Assembly (NCBI GenBank): GCA_026023565.1
Contig: JAPETS010000003.1
Location: 1,302,001-1,366,000, forward strand
Reading direction: 5' to 3'
Length of the DNA stretch: 64,000 nucleotides
DNA from: Cirrosporium novae-zelandiae
Lineage: Eukaryota
The notes beneath the pieces are model-generated. The model saw nothing but the letters and a program-made list of their open reading frames with translations. It had not been told where the DNA came from and ran no database searches. The position numbers and the translations under genes are program-made. Shown piece after piece: positions 23,832 to 37,069 of the stretch (its first letter is position 1; every line of letters starts with the position of its first letter).

Positions 23832-26332
23832 ATGAATCCTCAGCGTTTCGCATTTCCTCCCCCCCCGCCTCCTCCGCCGAAAACTCAACCTGCAAATCAA
23901 CCCAGCTATGGCCAACCGCCTTACGAACAACCTGGATATGGCGCGTCTAATCGAGGTCGACGAGGGAACCGAGGCTCTGGAAACTATAGAGGCCGTGCGC
24001 GGAATGACGGTTACGGAGGCTCTCGAGGAGGAGGGCAAGTAGCAGGCTTTGGGAGCTCTGGACAGAACAACTACTATGGTAGTGGGCAACAGACCTACAC
24101 GGGATATGGGCAAACAGGACAAGGATCTTATGGGATGCACAATCCAACCATCCCAACAAATTATCCACAGTTTCCTCAACCGCAAACTCCTTCATACTCG
24201 GGCCAAGTACCTCACCCTACGTATTATCAACCGCCTCAGACTTACAATCAGCCCCTTGCGCAGCCTTCGCCTGTTAGGCCAAGCGGATATAATCAATCAT
24301 ATAGTACCCCCGGACCATATGCGTCGTCTTCACGGCCTCCCTCACGTGGAGGTGTTTATAGCCCTCAGTCTCCAGTACCTCTTCCAGCCCAACCTCAAAG
24401 TTTTTCTCCACAGCCCCAGATGATGGGTCCGCCTATACGTATGGGTTTTGATGATAATGGAGGAAGAGACTCACGACCAAACCAATCGTCTACGATGTAT
24501 CAGAATACGAATCCTTGGGAAGGGTTTGGATCAAGACAAGGACAACAAAGCGGAAATATGCGACATCAACCACCTAGCCAGAACTTCTCATACCCTCGTG
24601 GACAGAAACGAGGTCACTCAATGGCATTTGGGCGGCAACAAAATACTAGACCACCCTCTGCTTCTGCTGTTCCGAGCTTCGTTAACCCTTCTTTGCCTAA
24701 GAAACCGCCCCCACCAATTGATGAGAAAAGGCCAAAGAAGAAAAGGCGCAAGCAGAATTTATTAGGATTGACACCTCGAAACGAAGAGCATGAATCTAGT
24801 GAGGAGGACGACGAGGATGAGGAAACCAAGTTGGCACAGACAATCTCATCCGGTCAACAGTACGTGTTGTTTATCATAAACGATGAAATCATCCTAACAT
24901 TTACAACAGATATAGTTTTACATACAAGGGACAAACAGCCACGCTCGGCACCCCCGCCGATATTGCAGCGTGGATTGAAGAGCGCAAAAAAAGATTTCCG
25001 ACTGAAGCTCGCATTAAAGAATCAAAGGAACGTCAGCGTCAACAAAATGAAGAACGTAAAAAAGCTAGACAAAAGGCCGAAGAGGACCGCAGAAAGGCTA
25101 AACAGAAAATAAAAGAAGAGAGGGAGAATGCCGCTAAAGCACATCGAGAGAAGTTAGAAGAAACAAAGAAGCTGAAGGATCAAACATTTAGTACCGAGGA
25201 TATTGTGCTAAAGGCCCAACTGAAGGCGGAAAAACTGAGGAAGAAAGTTTTGAAAGAAGGAAAACGACTCGCGAAAGCGGAAGCAAAGGCCGAGAAGGCG
25301 AGGCTCCAAGCTGAAGCTGCAAAAGAAGGACCTATGCCAGCTAAGCCTTCTGGCCAACCTAAAAGAAAACGTGAGGGATCTGACCATGACGACTCCGACC
25401 ACGAGACAAAAATAGAGGTGGCAGATAATCCTGAAGCTAGTAGTAATATATCAACCCCGACTCCTAAGGACTCACTGGTGGAGATGTCTACTATTTCAAC
25501 GTCTGACTTTTCAGCTTCGATACCGAACCCTAAAGATTTGAACGATAATATCAGAGGGGAGTCTGCAAACATCACTCTGGTAAGCGTAGGACATGTACAA
25601 AACGATGCCAAGACAGAAGTTACCACTCAGCTCGAGAATGAACCTCTTGCTATGAGGGATGACCTGAATTCGCCACCGGTTGGAAAGAGAAGGGCTTCGC
25701 CCAGGCTTTCTCAACCCGGCTTATCAGAGTCAGGTCTAGACACATCATCTCTTTCACTATCTTCTTCCGATGAATCAGCCTCCTCAGACGACGACGATGA
25801 TTCTTCGGACGACTCTACCTCAAGCGATTCGTCTTCCGACTCTGACTCCGATGATTCTGGTCCCTCAGTTACGACCTCCAAACGCACTGCTGGACCAGAA
25901 AAGGTGGCACCCCCTTCCCGCGACTCAAAAAAGCAGAAATTTTGTCACGCATTCATGAGAACTGGACGTTGTCGTCGAGGACGTACGTGTAAGTTCTCTC
26001 ACGAAGTACCCGAGAAGTCAAAAGGGACTACATGTGGAAGGAGAGAAGAGAAAACAAAGAAAAGGAAGAACTTGTATCAAGTTTTTGTGAAGAAGGAGCA
26101 AGAAGAGATGGATAGGAAGTGCCTGGATGCGATTGTCTGGCTGGGGCAAAGAGGCGCGTTGGATGAGAAACCCCGGGGTATTGATATCGCAACGAGGGAG
26201 AGGAACGAGAAAGAGGAGGTGTCTGAGATCGAGTGTGAGGGGAATGGTGTAACGGAGCAGCCAATTCTTAATCAAGCCGAGAACAATTGCGAGGGCGATG
26301 AAGTTGAAGATAGCAACATTGGAACGACTTGA
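23832..26332 (+). CDS. NUFIP1/Rsa1-like box C/D snoRNP assembly factor with a C-terminal CCCH zinc finger; intron 24860-24909
   Basis: Splicing restores the NUFIP1-type motif YKGQTATLGTPADIAAWIEERKKRFPT, in frame with ORF 25205-26332, which carries CHAFMRTGRCRRGRTCKFSH. The N-terminus is RG/Q/P-rich and low complexity. Confidence 0.8.
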
Positions 26333-27496
26333 ATTGATAGATTAGCGAGATCTAATATGAGCATTAACTAGGGTCTAATAGTGAAGAATTGGTAGCTAAA
26401 GAGTAAACGTAGAAATCTTGTTGCAAATTAATACACACCTTGAATGTTAATAGTCTTGGTTCAGTTACTTACTCTTATCCCGTGGTATATATAACGTGGA
26501 CATCGACACTACAATGCTCCTTACAAAGGAAAAACTTTTTTTTCTTCTCTCTCTTGCCTCCCCAACGACTTTCTATCTAGATCTGGATAACCCAAAACTC
26601 TCTTACAACCCCTATAAAAGCCGTCTAGTCCTTATTTAGGTTTATCAACGCTCCCTTGGGGGAATTCGGGATAGGTATTAATACACGAAACAATTATTCC
26701 TCCAGGGTCAACTTAACGGCAATATCTTGGGCTTGAGAAATCATCAACTGAGAAGGAAAACGGATACCTCAAGACCATCGATTATAAGGACTATCATAAG
26801 TCACAGCCGCTTGGGAAAAATGATGCAACTTATGGTTCATGAATCTTACTAATTCTGCATAATGATTTCACCTTGAAGCTGGATCTTTTGCTTACCCGAG
26901 TAATATTTACAATCACATGGGGGATTGTTGTTTTAAAGATGGAAGAGCTTGGGTCTAAATTCCACATATTTCTTGAGAACAGATCATTTGGAATAATCGG
27001 TGTTACGCAATTTACACCTTTGAAACAGCAAGACAAACTGAATGGGGATAGGAATATCATTGCTTTTCACTTAGAAATTCACTGGAAATATATAGAAATA
27101 GAGGAATAAAAAATAAAAATAGAAGCAAACACTAACTCCGGTATCGCATCGTACAAATAGGTATTTCTTTACTATCTTTGCTGAAACTTTGCTTTGTCCC
27201 TATCATCAATTCCATTTCCCACTTACTTCCACAGTTAATAACAAGAAACGAAAAAACGAAGAACAAGAAACGAGAATGCAAGTATATGAATTCTGCAGAA
27301 AAGGTATCATTGCGTAAAAAAACATCATTATCAATAGAGGAAAATAGACGAGATATCCACAGGCTTTCTTCGTACAAATGAACACGATGCGGATAGAGGC
27401 TCATCAATGTATGTCACAAGCCGCGAAAAGGAAAGAAAAAATAGGAGGAAAAAAGGTAAAAAAACGGATTTCTAAGGAAGTGATGTCTTAAACCAA

Positions 27497-29381
27497 TTAA
27501 TAGTCCTTGTCATCCTTCTTCTCATCTGTACTATCCATCCCCGTCATCGTCACATCATTTGAAACTGGGACAGACACCTGTACCTTGACCTCCCCAGCAA
27601 CAGGGACATTAGCAGCTGCCTGAGCTTCCATTCTCTTCTTCATTCCCAATGCCTCAACCCATGCTTCCGCACTCTGGATTGTATCATTCACGACGCGGCT
27701 AACCTGGGACATCATATCCAAGCCCTCGGTTGCTAGGACTAGAATCCTATGCGCACTAGACGTAGTTTCAGATTGCGAGGAATTAGCACTGGCAGAAGAG
27801 TTTGCTAGACGGAAGCGCTGAGGGAGGGTGGTAAGATGCTTTTTGACAAGACTACGAGCATTTTCCGGGAGGGCGCTACCGGCATATTTGGAGACAACAT
27901 CAACCACCTGTTTGAGGGTTTGGAGTACATCATTTTTAAGAGCGCCGATCCGTTCTTTCATGGCGTCAATATTTGATGAGTACTGAGGGTGGGAGGATGT
28001 GGAGGTCATTGTGGGAGCTTGATCATGGGACTTCTCGTTCATCTGAACATCAGCTTTGATATGGCCCATTTCTTCGTCTGATTCCTTTTGCGCCTGGTCC
28101 CATGCATGAAGAATATTTTTCAGAGCAGTAATAGTTCTCCCGAGGTGTCCATTAGCCCACCGGAGCCATGTTAAGCAGTATTTGAGCCTCCCTAAGGATT
28201 CCTCGCTCATCGCGACTCCTAAACCAGAGGTCGTGATCATGAGTCTTTGCTGCCACGTCGCATGCGACACATTGCCATGTCCATCTATTTGTGCCCCCTG
28301 AAGGATTTTGCTAGGATCAATTTCCGAGTACTGAGGAACTGTAGCAGCGCCATATGCGGGTAGACTTTCTGCGAATGACAAATCTCCATGTGCCAATGGA
28401 TGTATAGGCACCCCTGTTTCAAGATCTCCATCAACTTTGCGACGTTTACTGCCATGCACACTGCTCTCTGACGAAGAATTTCTCCGCTCAAGATAGGACC
28501 TTAGATTCTTTTCTACTCCACTCCTTCGTCCCACAGACCCGACCGTATTAGCGACAGGCGACCCAATATGACGTTCAACAAACTCGGCGCCGACTTTGAA
28601 TCGTGGAGAATAAGATTTAGAGGAAGTATATGCCGACATAGAGCCATTAATAGCAGAGGATAGCAAAGGATGGGCCGATGTAAGAAGGGATAATAAAGGT
28701 TCGGGCTGAGGGGAGGAAGCCGAATGCTTTTCTACAGTCCTCGGAGACGACCTAGCTTGAGCCTTGGGGGACGTGACTAGATTTGGCAGTCATGGTGAGT
28801 AAAAATCCTTCCAAGAAAATATGTTTTGGGCACGTACCATTTCTTAACACTTCTAATGTTTCTGCGGCTTGTATGTCTTCCATAGATAGAACGCTTGTTC
28901 CCCGTACACTCCTATCAATGTCAGGGACCGAAATTGTATCTACATCCATCGCAACCGGAAGCTCCCTCGAAATCGTAAATGAGGAAACTGGAGGTAATTC
29001 AATGGTTGGCATGGCTGTAGCTATAGGGACTATAGGCAATTGCTTAAGTGGTTCGACTAAATCCATCGCTTCAGCTGTAGAGGGGGCCGAGGGCCAGTCC
29101 ATTGATTGTGGAGGTGGCTTAATTGTAGGTGTTTCTACTGCCGGCAATTTTGAAGGTTTTGGGAGATCCATTGCCTGTAAGGTTGATGGGACTTTTGGCC
29201 ATGCTTGAACGTCCAATGCCGAAGTTTGCTTGATGGTTGGTTCTATAGTTTGTAGTTTTGATGGTTTAGGAGGCCGCCGAGAAGGCGCCTTCGGCGATAA
29301 TGCTGCTGTTACCTCATTTTTCAACTCTTCTGATAAATTGGACGTTTGTATACGATCTTGGAGCGGTTTCGACAGTTCCAT
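27497..29381 (-). CDS. Opi1-domain transcriptional regulator (ccg-8-like); intron 28777-28837
   Basis: AAETLEVLR, TSGLGVAMSEESLGRLKYCLTWLRWAN and TLKQVVDVVSKYAGSALPENAR are Opi1-family motifs. GTACGT..TAG splicing joins the two ORFs in frame. The start codon is uncertain. Confidence 0.82.
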
Positions 29382-29783
29382 GCCTTGTATCCAAACTTCG
29401 CCTTCGACAGCCGATATCGGTAATGGATGAATAAAGCAGGAGATAACTAAGGAATAAGAAAATCCAACTTTTATGAATACAGCATAGGGGTATTCGATCC
29501 TGAAAAAGAGATAATAATTATCGAGGATGGGAGTGACGGTGTAGAGTTTGAGGGAGTCGTGGCAAGTGAAGTTGTTGAGTTCTGCATATGATTTTCCGTT
29601 CCCACCATTGACTTCCCAGCATGTGATTACGGTTTAGTCCGACTTCAGCCTTATATGAATATAAGGCACCCAAAAAGTAGGCACATTGTCACTACTGTGG
29701 TAGATACTGCTGACATTCACCACATTCAATTTGCAAAACACCTACCTTTTTTGGAATCCTTTCAACCACTTATTTTAGTCATA

Positions 29784-30214
29784 ATGCGGGGGATTCTACA
29801 ATTCCTTTTCAGCATTGCCTTGCTTCTTGGCACTTCCCAGGCACAATTTCAAGGCTTCTTTGAACAAATGTTCTCTGGAGGCCAGCAACATCAACAACAG
29901 CAAGGCAATGCCCCCAGCGACTCTTCAATCTACCAACAACAATATGAATCAGGTACTACACTCTATTAGTATATAATGTACACCTGCAATATCGAGGTAG
30001 GCGCTAACTAAATCATCTAGCCCGCTGCTCTAATTACTTGTGTCCTGGCACTCTAGCTTGCGTGCATTTCCCCCATCATTGCCCTTGTGCATGGCCAGCA
30101 CATGAAGATAAAGTTGAGCTGGGAGAAGGAAGCGCTATATGTATCTCCAAAGGAGGATGGCAAGCTGGAGAGGCGGCAAGAAAAATCGAGCTGGCTAGGA
30201 AAGGGTTCCTATGA
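29784..30214 (+). CDS. LCL2: Long chronological lifespan protein 2; intron 29953-30020
   Basis: Signal peptide, [10 protein letters not shown], then [24 protein letters not shown]...ICISKG...KIELARKG. Confidence 0.9.
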
Positions 30215-30348
30215 GGCGGATATGGTGAACGATGTTTATTCGCAACAAAGCATATTATGAACGCCTAGAAGATTTTATTTATTTATCATACATGTGGAAG
30301 TATCTTTAGCCTTGTTATCCATTTTGCGCCGAGATTTTTTCCACGCGA

Positions 30349-31878
30349 TCAATCATCACCGAAGAAATCGTCAAAGTCAAATCCTCCGTTATCTCCATCT
30401 TCTTCATCTCCTCCACCATTTCCATTATTCCAGCCATCCTTACCATTTCTGTCTCTCTCGGCTTTCTCCTCTGGAGAGGATGGAGGTAGATTATCGTCAC
30501 TGAGTTGATGACGATCACGCATAGCCTCATAACCAGCTAGAGCCCCAGCTCCCGCAGCGGCACTTTCACCAGCCCCGGTGCTTACTCCTCTTGTGGCAGC
30601 TCCCGCTTCGGATGCGCCCCCAGCTGCTCCTCCCGTGCCGCCTTCTGCAGCAGCTTCACCCGGAAGCCAAAGGGGTAGCCCCAAACCACCCCCACCGCTA
30701 TGTCTACTGAAATAATCGAAATCGACGCTTATTGCGGTTGCTAGCATTACTGCACGTTGATCGAGGGTCATGCCAATCCTTGAATCATCATAAGCTAAGG
30801 ATTTATCTTGTCCTGTGTGTGATACTAGGTGGCCTGGCTCTTCAGCTAAACCAGCCGCATCCATTCGAAGGGCATAGACACCCGTATCCGTGAACATTTC
30901 CCGTCCAATTCCTGCCCAGTTACGGTTAACTGAGCCAATGAGCTTAGTAGTTGCGGAAAAAAGAGAGAAGTCCCAGGATAAGAACGGCTCATTGACGTAT
31001 GCAAACTGAACGTAATGCCCTCCATTCTGGCTAGCCTGAGACACCTGTAATTGTTGAAATGCTGAGATATCTTCCGGCATTTGCTGGGGACTGCCTAGAC
31101 TTGTTTCTTGGTTTGGTGGTTCGTGATAAAGAAAAAGATTGTATTTTCTTCTTAACGGCGCCCACTGCTGTTGTGCTTCCCCAATGATTCGCATATCTGA
31201 CAATGTCAACGGGGATGCTTGTACCTGATTTTTGTTGACGTCTGTAGAAAGATAGCTGGGAGAACTACCATGTAACGTGTTGGAGGCAGTATGCTCTAAG
31301 GAAGCTGGTCCTATAGAATCGTAGACCCGTATCCGGGAGGAAATCCAGGAAAATGGTCGATGGAAGCGGAGCACTTCCTTACCATACTTATCAAAGACAT
31401 GTGTGGTAAAGCTGCGATGAGTTCGAAACCATTGTCTAGCCATAAGATTAGTTAAGCCATGCTCTTGTTCTGCCATAAACCCAATATGGTTGCCCTGTGG
31501 ATCCATTATAGTATATCTATTCGCTTGCTCGAAACCTATCATAACGTTTATGAGCTCCAGCTGCCTCTGAATAACAACGGCAGAGTTGGCCAAAAGGCTA
31601 GAGGCTGGATGTTGCTCTTTGAGAACTCCATTGGGATCTTCGGGAACGTAAACGGGAGAGAGGAGAGAGTTGTCCTTCGGATTAGCATGGTGGAGTGCAT
31701 GTGCTGTAGAATCAGGATTGGAAGAACCAGGTTCTGGTTGTTGTGGAGAAAGCTCTAGAACTCGGGGAATTCTAAGAGGCCGCTTCTGATCACTTCTTCG
31801 AGGGGTGAGAGAGTGGCTGGTGAATGATCGCAGTGCGCGGCTTGTAGAAGGGGGGGGGCGGAGACGGGAAAGAAGCAT
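30349..31878 (-). CDS. AIM25: Phospholipid scramblase family protein (Aim25-like), probably mitochondrial
   Basis: R/S-rich presequence-like N-terminus; RQLELINVMIGFEQANRY, QQQWAPLRRKYNLF, EMFTDTGVY and LDQRAVMLATAISVDFDYFSRHS. Confidence 0.88.
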   Translation of the reverse strand: MLLSRLRPPPSTSRALRSFTSHSLTPRRSDQKRPLRIPRVLELSPQQPEPGSSNPDSTAHALHHANPKDNSLLSPVYVPEDPNGVLKEQHPASSLLANSAVVIQRQLELINVMIGFEQANRYTIMDPQGNHIGFMAEQEHGLTNLMARQWFRTHRSFTTHVFDKYGKEVLRFHRPFSWISSRIRVYDSIGPASLEHTASNTLHGSSPSYLSTDVNKNQVQASPLTLSDMRIIGEAQQQWAPLRRKYNLFLYHEPPNQETSLGSPQQMPEDISAFQQLQVSQASQNGGHYVQFAYVNEPFLSWDFSLFSATTKLIGSVNRNWAGIGREMFTDTGVYALRMDAAGLAEEPGHLVSHTGQDKSLAYDDSRIGMTLDQRAVMLATAISVDFDYFSRHSGGGGLGLPLWLPGEAAAEGGTGGAAGGASEAGAATRGVSTGAGESAAAGAGALAGYEAMRDRHQLSDDNLPPSSPEEKAERDRNGKDGWNNGNGGGDEEDGDNGGFDFDDFFGDD

Positions 31879-33320
31879 CGTCAAAGGACTTCAAGGCGGG
31901 AGATTGTTCGATTTCTCTTATCTGAAGTTGTCGTAAAAAGTTCCTCGAAAGCTAGGTGTCGCAGACCCTGTGGAAGTCTGCCTTATGCATGACATAATTA
32001 TTAGGGCCTCTGATCTAACAATCTAATTCCAACGGCGTAGTTTTTGATGCCTTCAGACCACCCGTTAGGTGCAAAGCTGTCCCAAACATGGAGAAATGCA
32101 ACATTTTAGAAGCCAAGATAGTCTATACAATATTGACACTGTAGTAACTGTGTGCGTATGCATACTTGGCAATTATAATTTAATTGTTAAATTGCAAGAG
32201 ATTTAGTTACTGGGTTGCGTATGAAAATACTGTGCTGTGTATGGTGATGATTCATTTTATTGTCCATGTCGCCTCTAGAATATTCTGCGATGGATAATAA
32301 ATATCAATTAATATCGCTGGACTTTTAAAGGAGGAACAATGCGTAATACTAACAATAGTTGTATGCATAGCTATATTTTAATTATGCATTCCATTTTGGT
32401 TTAGCATGGGTTTTATCCCTAATTAGCTAATGCACTAGACTACTAAGTCCTTTTTAACCTCCTAAGGCTGTACCTAAGTACTGTCCACAGATCTACTGCC
32501 TCAGGCCTTAAGTGTGGTAGGTAATTTTAGACGCGAATAATGTGAAAGGGTCGTACTTCCACTTTCCGGAAGCAAAAGCATCGATAAGGAACGTATCATG
32601 ATGTACTGTACCAAAAGTAGAAGTTCCCCTCGAACCCTGTAATCATAGACCCTCAACTGTGGCTAGGTATCCAAGATGATTTAACAATTAACTTAACTTT
32701 TATTCTATTGTTCAAGATTTCAATTCAAAATTGAACTCTTAAAATAATAAGAATTTTTTGTTCGTGTCCAATGATGTTGTTGCTGATGGGTTGAAATCAT
32801 GAATGGGTATCTTCTCCGTGGAACGCGTGTCTCACAGTTGGAACAAGGAGGGTGGAAAAAGGTGAAGACTCGAGTGGATAAACCCGTGATAGCGTAAGTC
32901 TCTCCACTTTTTCATCGTTTTCCTTTCCCATGTTAGCAAATCATGCTTGATACATCTCATTCAAGTTCACTGAGCCACTACTTGCCACGCATTGCCCATT
33001 GCTACTATGCTTGTAGGGCACTTTCGAAGCTTGCTTCAGCATGCTTGATCGCAAGGTTGGTACACCGTCATACGTACTGCTTGTTCCCAGCACGGTGGAG
33101 TGCTCCATACATAATCAACTCCCCCATTATGGTCAATGAGCTCTATCATTGAAATACCTTGCTAATCAGTAGTCCCTCAACTACTCTTTTCTCCATTCAT
33201 TTTGTCACTTTCGTTTTTCATTGATAATATCATCATTTCATTCCTATCCCTCCGGAAAATTTTTAAGCATTTATCGTGTATTAAAATCATTTGATATTTG
33301 TGGTGGAGTGTACAGAAAAG

Positions 33321-34624
33321 ATGGTTGGATATCAGCATCAGAATTTCAATGATGATATAAACTTGACGGGAAATCCTCGAGATGGGTATGATTACCCTCC
33401 ACCGTATGAGTCTACTAGAGGAGCCCCCACTTCGAAATGGAACCCAAAGACATGGAACAAAAAGATGCTGCTACTTTCAATCGGTGCAGTTGTGGCTATA
33501 ATAGTCATTGCCGTAGCAGTGGCGGTGGTTGAGGTTCGAAAAAATCGATACCCCAATTATAGCAAGCTGTCTTATTCAATCGAGGAAACATGTATGTATT
33601 CATAAACCGATGTCTGGCTTTAGGGAGAGATGACTGACGTTCGAGATAACAGACAGCGGAACTGGGTTTTTTGACAAGTTTGAGTACTTCACGGGTTATG
33701 ATCCAACCTCAGGATTTGTACAGTATGATGAATTTGGTGATCCCTTCCTGTGCATAGTGGTCGTTAATACCTCACAGTTACGATAACCCGACCGATGCTG
33801 CAAATAGAAATGTCACCTATGCAACTTCATCGTCTGCTATCCTTCGTGTTGATAATAGCAGTGATGACTCCAGCACGGGCCGTCATTCTGCTCGCATTCA
33901 CTCTAAGAAACAATACGACAGTGGACTCTTTATCTTTGACGTTGCTCATACTCCTTACGGATGCGCAACATGGCCTGCACTATGGCTCTCTGATACTATC
34001 CATTGGCCAACAAATGGAGAAATTGATGTTGTCGAGGCAGTAAATCTCGGAAATACCGGAAGCCATATGACATTGCACACTACAGATAATTGCGATATGG
34101 ACGTGAAGAGGAAGGAAACCGGAACGATTTTGGAGACTGACTGTTATAATGCAACAAATGATAATGATGGCTGTGGCGTGCTGGGAGCTAAATCTACTTT
34201 TGGTGCGGCCTTTAATGAAAATGGTGGCGGAGTATGTTAAATGGCCCCAGATTCTACTTATAATTACTAACAGTTCGAACTATAGGTCTATGCTATGGAG
34301 TGGCGAGCTGCTGGTATCCGAGTATGGGTCTTTCAGCGAGACGAGATCCCTGACGATATTACCGCTGGAAGCTCTCCTGATCCTTCTGGTTGGGGAACTG
34401 CGACGGCAGATTTCCCAAATACCGACTGTTCGATTAGCAGCCATTTCAAAAACCAAAGTATCATTGCCAATATTGACCTGTGCGGAACGTGGGCTGGGTC
34501 TACCTCTGTCTACGCCGAGTCTGGATGCCCAAGCACCTGCGAAGATTTGGTCGCGGATAACGCCACTAATTTTGACACTGCTTACTGGGAATTCAACAGC
34601 TTCAAAGTGTACACAGCCAGCTAA
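33321..34624 (+). CDS. Membrane-anchored GH16 endo-1,3(4)-beta-glucanase; introns 33592-33652, 33723-33777, ~34232-34286
   Basis: N-terminal TM helix; spliced FFDKFEYFTGYDPTSGFVHY, GCATWPALW, catalytic WPTNGEIDVVE and NIDLCGTWAG. Confidence 0.9.
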
Positions 34625-35034
34625 AGTTTTTGTGTACTATTTCGAGTATGCGGACGTTGTATAGTGATTTAGACTATTCCCCCTGGGTTGTATGGCGTTT
34701 AGAAGGCTGGATTATATTACCACGGAGCCTAAAAAGTAGAGGATCATCACGAAATATATGTACATGAGGAGGAGCTCCTTTTGAAAATATCCGAAAGGAA
34801 ATAATTACAATTCTATTGCTTTTCTCCTTGTGATGATATCATCAAGCCCAACAACAATAATTTCTGGTTTCTTGGCGTAAAGCTGGCAATTGTTTAATTA
34901 GATCTTTCCGATTTGGGAATTGTATTACTTTAGTTCAATGATCGCAATCTCCCTCGGCAGAGCACACCCCCTTCTATATTACCACCTATAAAATACATGG
35001 GATTGATATTTCCAACACGATCATAAATCTCAAG

Positions 35035-36633
35035 ATGACAATTTCTAAAATGAGCAAAGAAATTCTTGAAAGAAGTAGGACAGAATTGCCTGCGAGCTGG
35101 CGTCAAGAGTGCTTCATGACACCTCGCGTTCGGAATCGCCAAGGTCCATCTGCGTCCCAATGGACCCCTGAGACGTCACCCGATGAGCCCACGAACAGCA
35201 ATGTCGACGCACTTCCACTACTCAAGCGAGCGGAGTTCTCCCCAGAATCCTACACCGAACCGTTTCTCAAGTTCATGACAGAGAACCCTACCGTGTTCCA
35301 CGCTGTTTCCTATTTTTCTAATCAGCTGAATGCAGCAGGCTTTACTGAGCTTAACGAACGGTCCTTATGGAAAAACACATTAAAGAAAGGTGGAAAATAC
35401 TTTGTCACGCGTAATGGTAGCGCTCTGATAGCTTTCGTTGTCGGAGATCAGTTCGAGGCAGGAAATGGTGCGGCCATTATCGCAGGCCATATCGATGCTT
35501 TGACTGCACGACTTAAGCCCATTCCAACGCTCAAAACCAAAGCAGGCTTTGATCAACTAGGAGTTGCTCCATACGCTGGTGCATTGAATGGCACTTGGTG
35601 GGATCGCGATCTGGGGATAGGAGGCAAAGTAATCGTCAAAGACCCAAAGACTGGGAAGATTGAGCCAAAGTTGGTTGCGTTAGGATGGCCAATTGCCAGA
35701 ATACCAACTCTTGCACCCCATTTTGGTGCGAGCGGGCCATTCAACAGGGAGACTCAAATGGTGCCTATCATTGGCCTGAATAATTCTGATATTACTGGTA
35801 AGAAGAAAGAGGAAACTGATAAGATCCCGGCCAATACTTTTGCTGCAACCCAACCAGAAAGACTGGTTAAAGCAATCTCAAAGGAGATGGGAATCACCGA
35901 TTATGGCACCATTATGAATTGGGAACTCGAATTATATGATACGCAACCCGCCCAGCTTGGTGGGTTGGATAAAGAGTTCATCTTTGCAGGGAGAATTGAT
36001 GATAAACTTTGCTCGTATGCTGCTGTCGAAGCGCTCTTAGCTTCCATCAAGTCGGACGAATCAAGTTCAATTTTGAAGATAGTCGGCCTCTTCGATAATG
36101 AGGAGATCGGTAGCTTACTCCGACAGGGTGCGCGAAGCAACTTCCTCAGCAGCGTGATGGAAAGGATATGCGAGACCTTTGTTGACGGGAATACTAGTGC
36201 AGACACTACATCTGCAATGTATGCAAACAGTTTCCTAGTATCTTCAGATGTCATCCACGCCGTAAATCCCAACTTCCTAAACGCTTATCTGGAAAATCAT
36301 GCACCGCGATTGAATATTGGTGTTAGTATCAGTTGTGATTCGAACGGCCATATGACTACCGATTCAGTCAGCACAGCCGTGCTCACGCAGGTTGCTTCAA
36401 AGTGTGGTTCTACCCTCCAGCTGTTCCAGATCAGAAACGATAGCCGCAGTGGAGGAACGATCGGGCCAATGACATCGTCGCAAACTGGAATCAGGGCCAT
36501 TGATTGTGGGATACCACAATTAAGCATGCACAGCATCAGGGCGACTACTGGAAGTTTGGATCCAGGTTTAGGAGTTAAGTTGTTCAAAGGAGTTTTCGAC
36601 TACTATGAAGAAGTGGACAAGGCCTTTGCATGA
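35035..36633 (+). CDS. APE1: M18 family aminopeptidase, vacuolar aminopeptidase I (Ape1/Lap4)-like
   Basis: GHIDAL, VAPYAGALNGTWWDRDLGIGG, RIDDKLCS, FDNEEIGS, DVIHAVNPNF, SRSGGTIGP and QLSMHSIR. Confidence 0.88.
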   Translation: MTISKMSKEILERSRTELPASWRQECFMTPRVRNRQGPSASQWTPETSPDEPTNSNVDALPLLKRAEFSPESYTEPFLKFMTENPTVFHAVSYFSNQLNAAGFTELNERSLWKNTLKKGGKYFVTRNGSALIAFVVGDQFEAGNGAAIIAGHIDALTARLKPIPTLKTKAGFDQLGVAPYAGALNGTWWDRDLGIGGKVIVKDPKTGKIEPKLVALGWPIARIPTLAPHFGASGPFNRETQMVPIIGLNNSDITGKKKEETDKIPANTFAATQPERLVKAISKEMGITDYGTIMNWELELYDTQPAQLGGLDKEFIFAGRIDDKLCSYAAVEALLASIKSDESSSILKIVGLFDNEEIGSLLRQGARSNFLSSVMERICETFVDGNTSADTTSAMYANSFLVSSDVIHAVNPNFLNAYLENHAPRLNIGVSISCDSNGHMTTDSVSTAVLTQVASKCGSTLQLFQIRNDSRSGGTIGPMTSSQTGIRAIDCGIPQLSMHSIRATTGSLDPGLGVKLFKGVFDYYEEVDKAFA

Positions 36634-37069
36634 AGTATGCGATGTACTATCATGTGTTATACTTTCCTATAGCAGACCCTACCGCACATAATTTTCGGTA
36701 ATACTCCCATTGTTGGATCATTCTAGATATGACAAGTTTAGCGGACCAAGGATAGATATATATATATGGTTGATCTAGATACAATTTTAGTATAGAAATT
36801 ATTTTGAAATGGAGAAATACCCTTTCCTCTTCTTAGTATATATAGATGTATCCGTAATTCATAATATTTTGTTAAGTACCTAGGTATTTAGGGGTCGAGA
36901 GCACATGCTTGTGTACTTAGTACCTACTTATATTTAGGGCTTAATCTCTAATGATTTAAGCTTGACGCACGGACTATTAACGCCCCTCAGCCTTAGCCGT
37001 ACTTTCGAGAATTTTATCAGTAATAACAAATTCCTCATAATTAATACCTGCACAAAAGCTAATTTAAAA

